Positions 30,223 to 32,000 of a stretch of DNA of 32,000 bases are shown piece after piece (position 1 is the first letter of the stretch; every line of letters begins with the position of its first letter). The stretch covers positions 240,001 through 272,000 of the forward strand of contig CP085695.1 of the NCBI GenBank assembly GCA_029715105.1. The letters are read 5' to 3'. Both the position numbers and the translations under genes were made by a program. The notes below the pieces were generated by a model. The model was not told where the DNA came from and made no database searches. It worked only from the letters and a program-made list of their open reading frames with translations. The DNA comes from Candidatus Saccharimonadota bacterium (lineage in GTDB: Bacteria; Pseudomonadota; Alphaproteobacteria; Rickettsiales; Anaplasmataceae).

Positions 30223-30924
30223 ATGTCTTTTTTAATAGTAGCAAATTGGAAAATGAATGGAACGCGTTCCTTATTTGTTGATTTTATAAGTAAGCTTAAC
30301 AGTAAGAGTGATGAGTTTTCATCTAAACTAGTAATTTGTCCGCCTTTTACATCATTTCCAGATAATTTAGAGTTAAGTAGCAATATTAGCATAGGAGCTC
30401 AGAATTGTCATTATAAAAAATTTGGTTCTTATACTGGAGAAATTAGTGTAAAAATGTTAAAGGAATTAGGATGTACTTATGTAATATTGGGACACTCTGA
30501 AAGAGTTAATGAAACTGATAACCAAATAAAGTTAAAATCGGAAATAGCAATAGAATACGGTTTATGTCCGATAATTTGTGTTGGTGATAATATAAGAGAT
30601 TACGAGAACAATAAGATAATGATGATAATAGAACATCAGTGTAAAATTCGTTTACCAACGCATGGCGAATACATTATAGCATATGAGCCAGTATGGGCAA
30701 TAGGTACTGGACGTATACCAAGTAGTGATACGATTGCAGAGGTAGTAGAAGTAATAGAATCTTGTGTTAGTAAAAAACGTTGTATTTATGGTGGTTCAGT
30801 TAGTTCAAAAAATGTAGAAAATTTATTAAGTATATCAGGTATATCAGGTCTTTTAATAGGAAGTTTGAGCTTAAACTTTGATCAATTCTATAAAATAATT
30901 CAGCAAGTCGAAAGGGTATATTAA
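30223..30924 (+). CDS. tpiA: Triosephosphate isomerase
   Basis: The track ORF starts at 30175 and would overlap the tRNA. The TIM N-terminus [13 protein letters not shown] begins at the ATG at 30223, preceded by [20 protein letters not shown] and YGGSV are present. Confidence 0.9.
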   Translation: MSFLIVANWKMNGTRSLFVDFISKLNSKSDEFSSKLVICPPFTSFPDNLELSSNISIGAQNCHYKKFGSYTGEISVKMLKELGCTYVILGHSERVNETDNQIKLKSEIAIEYGLCPIICVGDNIRDYENNKIMMIIEHQCKIRLPTHGEYIIAYEPVWAIGTGRIPSSDTIAEVVEVIESCVSKKRCIYGGSVSSKNVENLLSISGISGLLIGSLSLNFDQFYKIIQQVERVY

Positions 30925-31240
30925 TTTTTATGTAATTTGTAGTTTACAAAAATAATTTTAGTGAAAAAGTATAATCCCCTTAAGAGAACGGAGTTTAGTG
31001 GAGGTTATGTTGAAATTTGTGCGATTATTTGATAAGTTTTCTTCTATGAATAGAGAATGCGCGTTAAGTTACCAATTTTATTGATTCTAATTGTACTTTT
31101 AAGATGTAAGAAATTGATTTTTATATCATTTTGTATGATTAAAATAGTTTATATGAACGGGGGAGGATTGTGAGAATAGAATCTTCATAGCTTGAAATAG
31201 TGTGTTAATTTTATTTTGTAACTATGAAGTTTTTGTTGAT

Positions 31241-31284
31241 ATTTTAATACGGGGTATTTTTAATATAACATTTTAATATAGGGT
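31241..31284. repeat. Degenerate 14-15-nt tandem repeat, about 3 copies (ATTTTAATACGGGGT / ATTTTTAATATAAC / ATTTTAATATAGGGT)
   Basis: Read directly in the convergent tpiA-tatC spacer. Confidence 0.6.
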
Positions 31285-31413
31285 GTGGCTTATAAAATAT
31301 TGAGTTTTATGGAAAAATCTTCATTGGATTAAGTTATTACTTAAGTTTAAAGCTTAAAAGAGGGGGGAGATATTGTGGATACTCGTATAAAATTAGCATA
31401 TAAAGATGTAAAT

Positions 31414-32000
31414 TTAGATGTTGTTTCTTGTTTTTTTTTTTTCAATATACTTGCAAGCTAAAATAGATAATTCATATAAAATTAGCATTGGTATAGCGAG
31501 TCCTATTTGACTTAGTACATCAGGTGGAGTTAGGATTGCGGCAATGATAAAAATTGCTACTATCGCGATTCTACGTTTATCTGATAGGTTTTTTACGGCA
31601 AGTAGTTTGACCCTAACCATTAATATAAGTATAACTGGAATTTGAAATGCAATACCAAAAGCAAACATAAATTGAAGAACTAAATCTAGGTATTCACTGA
31701 CTGATGGCATAAATTCTATTGGTATGCCGAAGGATTTACCGCTATGCTCGAAAGCGATAAAAAATTTCCATGCTAAAGGAAATATATAGTAATAAACTAC
31801 CGCAGCTCCAGTTATGAATAAAATTGGTGTTATAATTAAGCATGGTAGCAACACTGTTTTTTCGCTTTTATATAAGCCAGGTGCTAAAAACATATAAAAT
31901 TGCCATGCGAATACAGGGAAAGAGAATAAAAGTGCGCTCATTAGTGCAACTCGAAGATATACAAAAAATGCTTCTGTTAAATCTGTGTATATCAAAGAAA
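31414..32000 (-). CDS. tatC: Sec-independent (Tat) protein translocase subunit TatC, C-terminal part (5' end off the right edge)
   Basis: The reading frame is open to the window edge. The track's M at 31995 is a TTG inside the gene. TDLTEAFFVYLRVAL, FLAPGLYKSEK, PPDVLSQ. Confidence 0.9.
   Translation of the reverse strand, partial: SLIYTDLTEAFFVYLRVALMSALLFSFPVFAWQFYMFLAPGLYKSEKTVLLPCLIITPILFITGAAVVYYYIFPLAWKFFIAFEHSGKSFGIPIEFMPSVSEYLDLVLQFMFAFGIAFQIPVILILMVRVKLLAVKNLSDKRRIAIVAIFIIAAILTPPDVLSQIGLAIPMLILYELSILACKYIEKKKTRNNI

Overview
Visibly AT-rich window with long spacers. The gene content looks like the core chromosome of an obligate intracellular alphaproteobacterium of the Anaplasmataceae, probably Ehrlichia-like. 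That assignment is inference from composition, spacer length and protein sequences, not a database hit. I can support 24 protein-coding genes (two truncated by the window edges), one decayed transporter pseudogene, and two tRNAs without encoded CCA. In order they are: dnaJ(-), tRNA-Arg(ACG)(-), MrpD/NuoN-like antiporter subunit(+), ffh(+), NPD-family oxidoreductase(-), rnd(-), ccmA(-), aspS(+), MFS pseudogene(+), infC(-), thrS(-), bfr(+), SURF1(+), kef-type K+ efflux(-), thioredoxin-fold redoxin(-), tmk(+), gltX(-), pccA(+), ctaA/COX15(-), F0 ATP synthase operon atpB-atpE-b'-b(-), rsmA/ksgA(-), tRNA-Thr(UGU)(+), tpiA(+), tatC(-). By my own coordinates only about three quarters of the window is coding. 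I found no CRISPR array, mobile element, rRNA, toxin/defence module or secretion locus, and no convincing novel multi-gene system. This is an ordinary housekeeping region. The best-supported non-obvious result is that the 1.4-kb aspS-infC spacer is a heavily decayed ProP/MHS-family transporter pseudogene, readable only by frame-hopping translation. Lesser leads: a C9 tract; a recurring CCCCTT-loop-AAGGGAG mini-palindrome in two spacers; a terminator-like hairpin inside a 44-codon ORF in the ccmA/aspS divergent spacer; a bacterioferritin with Phe at the heme-ligand Met position; an NPD-family enzyme with a C-terminal CxxCxxxC...C motif; a tightly coupled redoxin-Kef gene pair; an obligatory non-AUG infC start; a short degenerate tandem repeat; and several inverted repeats in promoter regions. 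Most short ORFs in the supplied track are antisense or out-of-frame artefacts of real genes.
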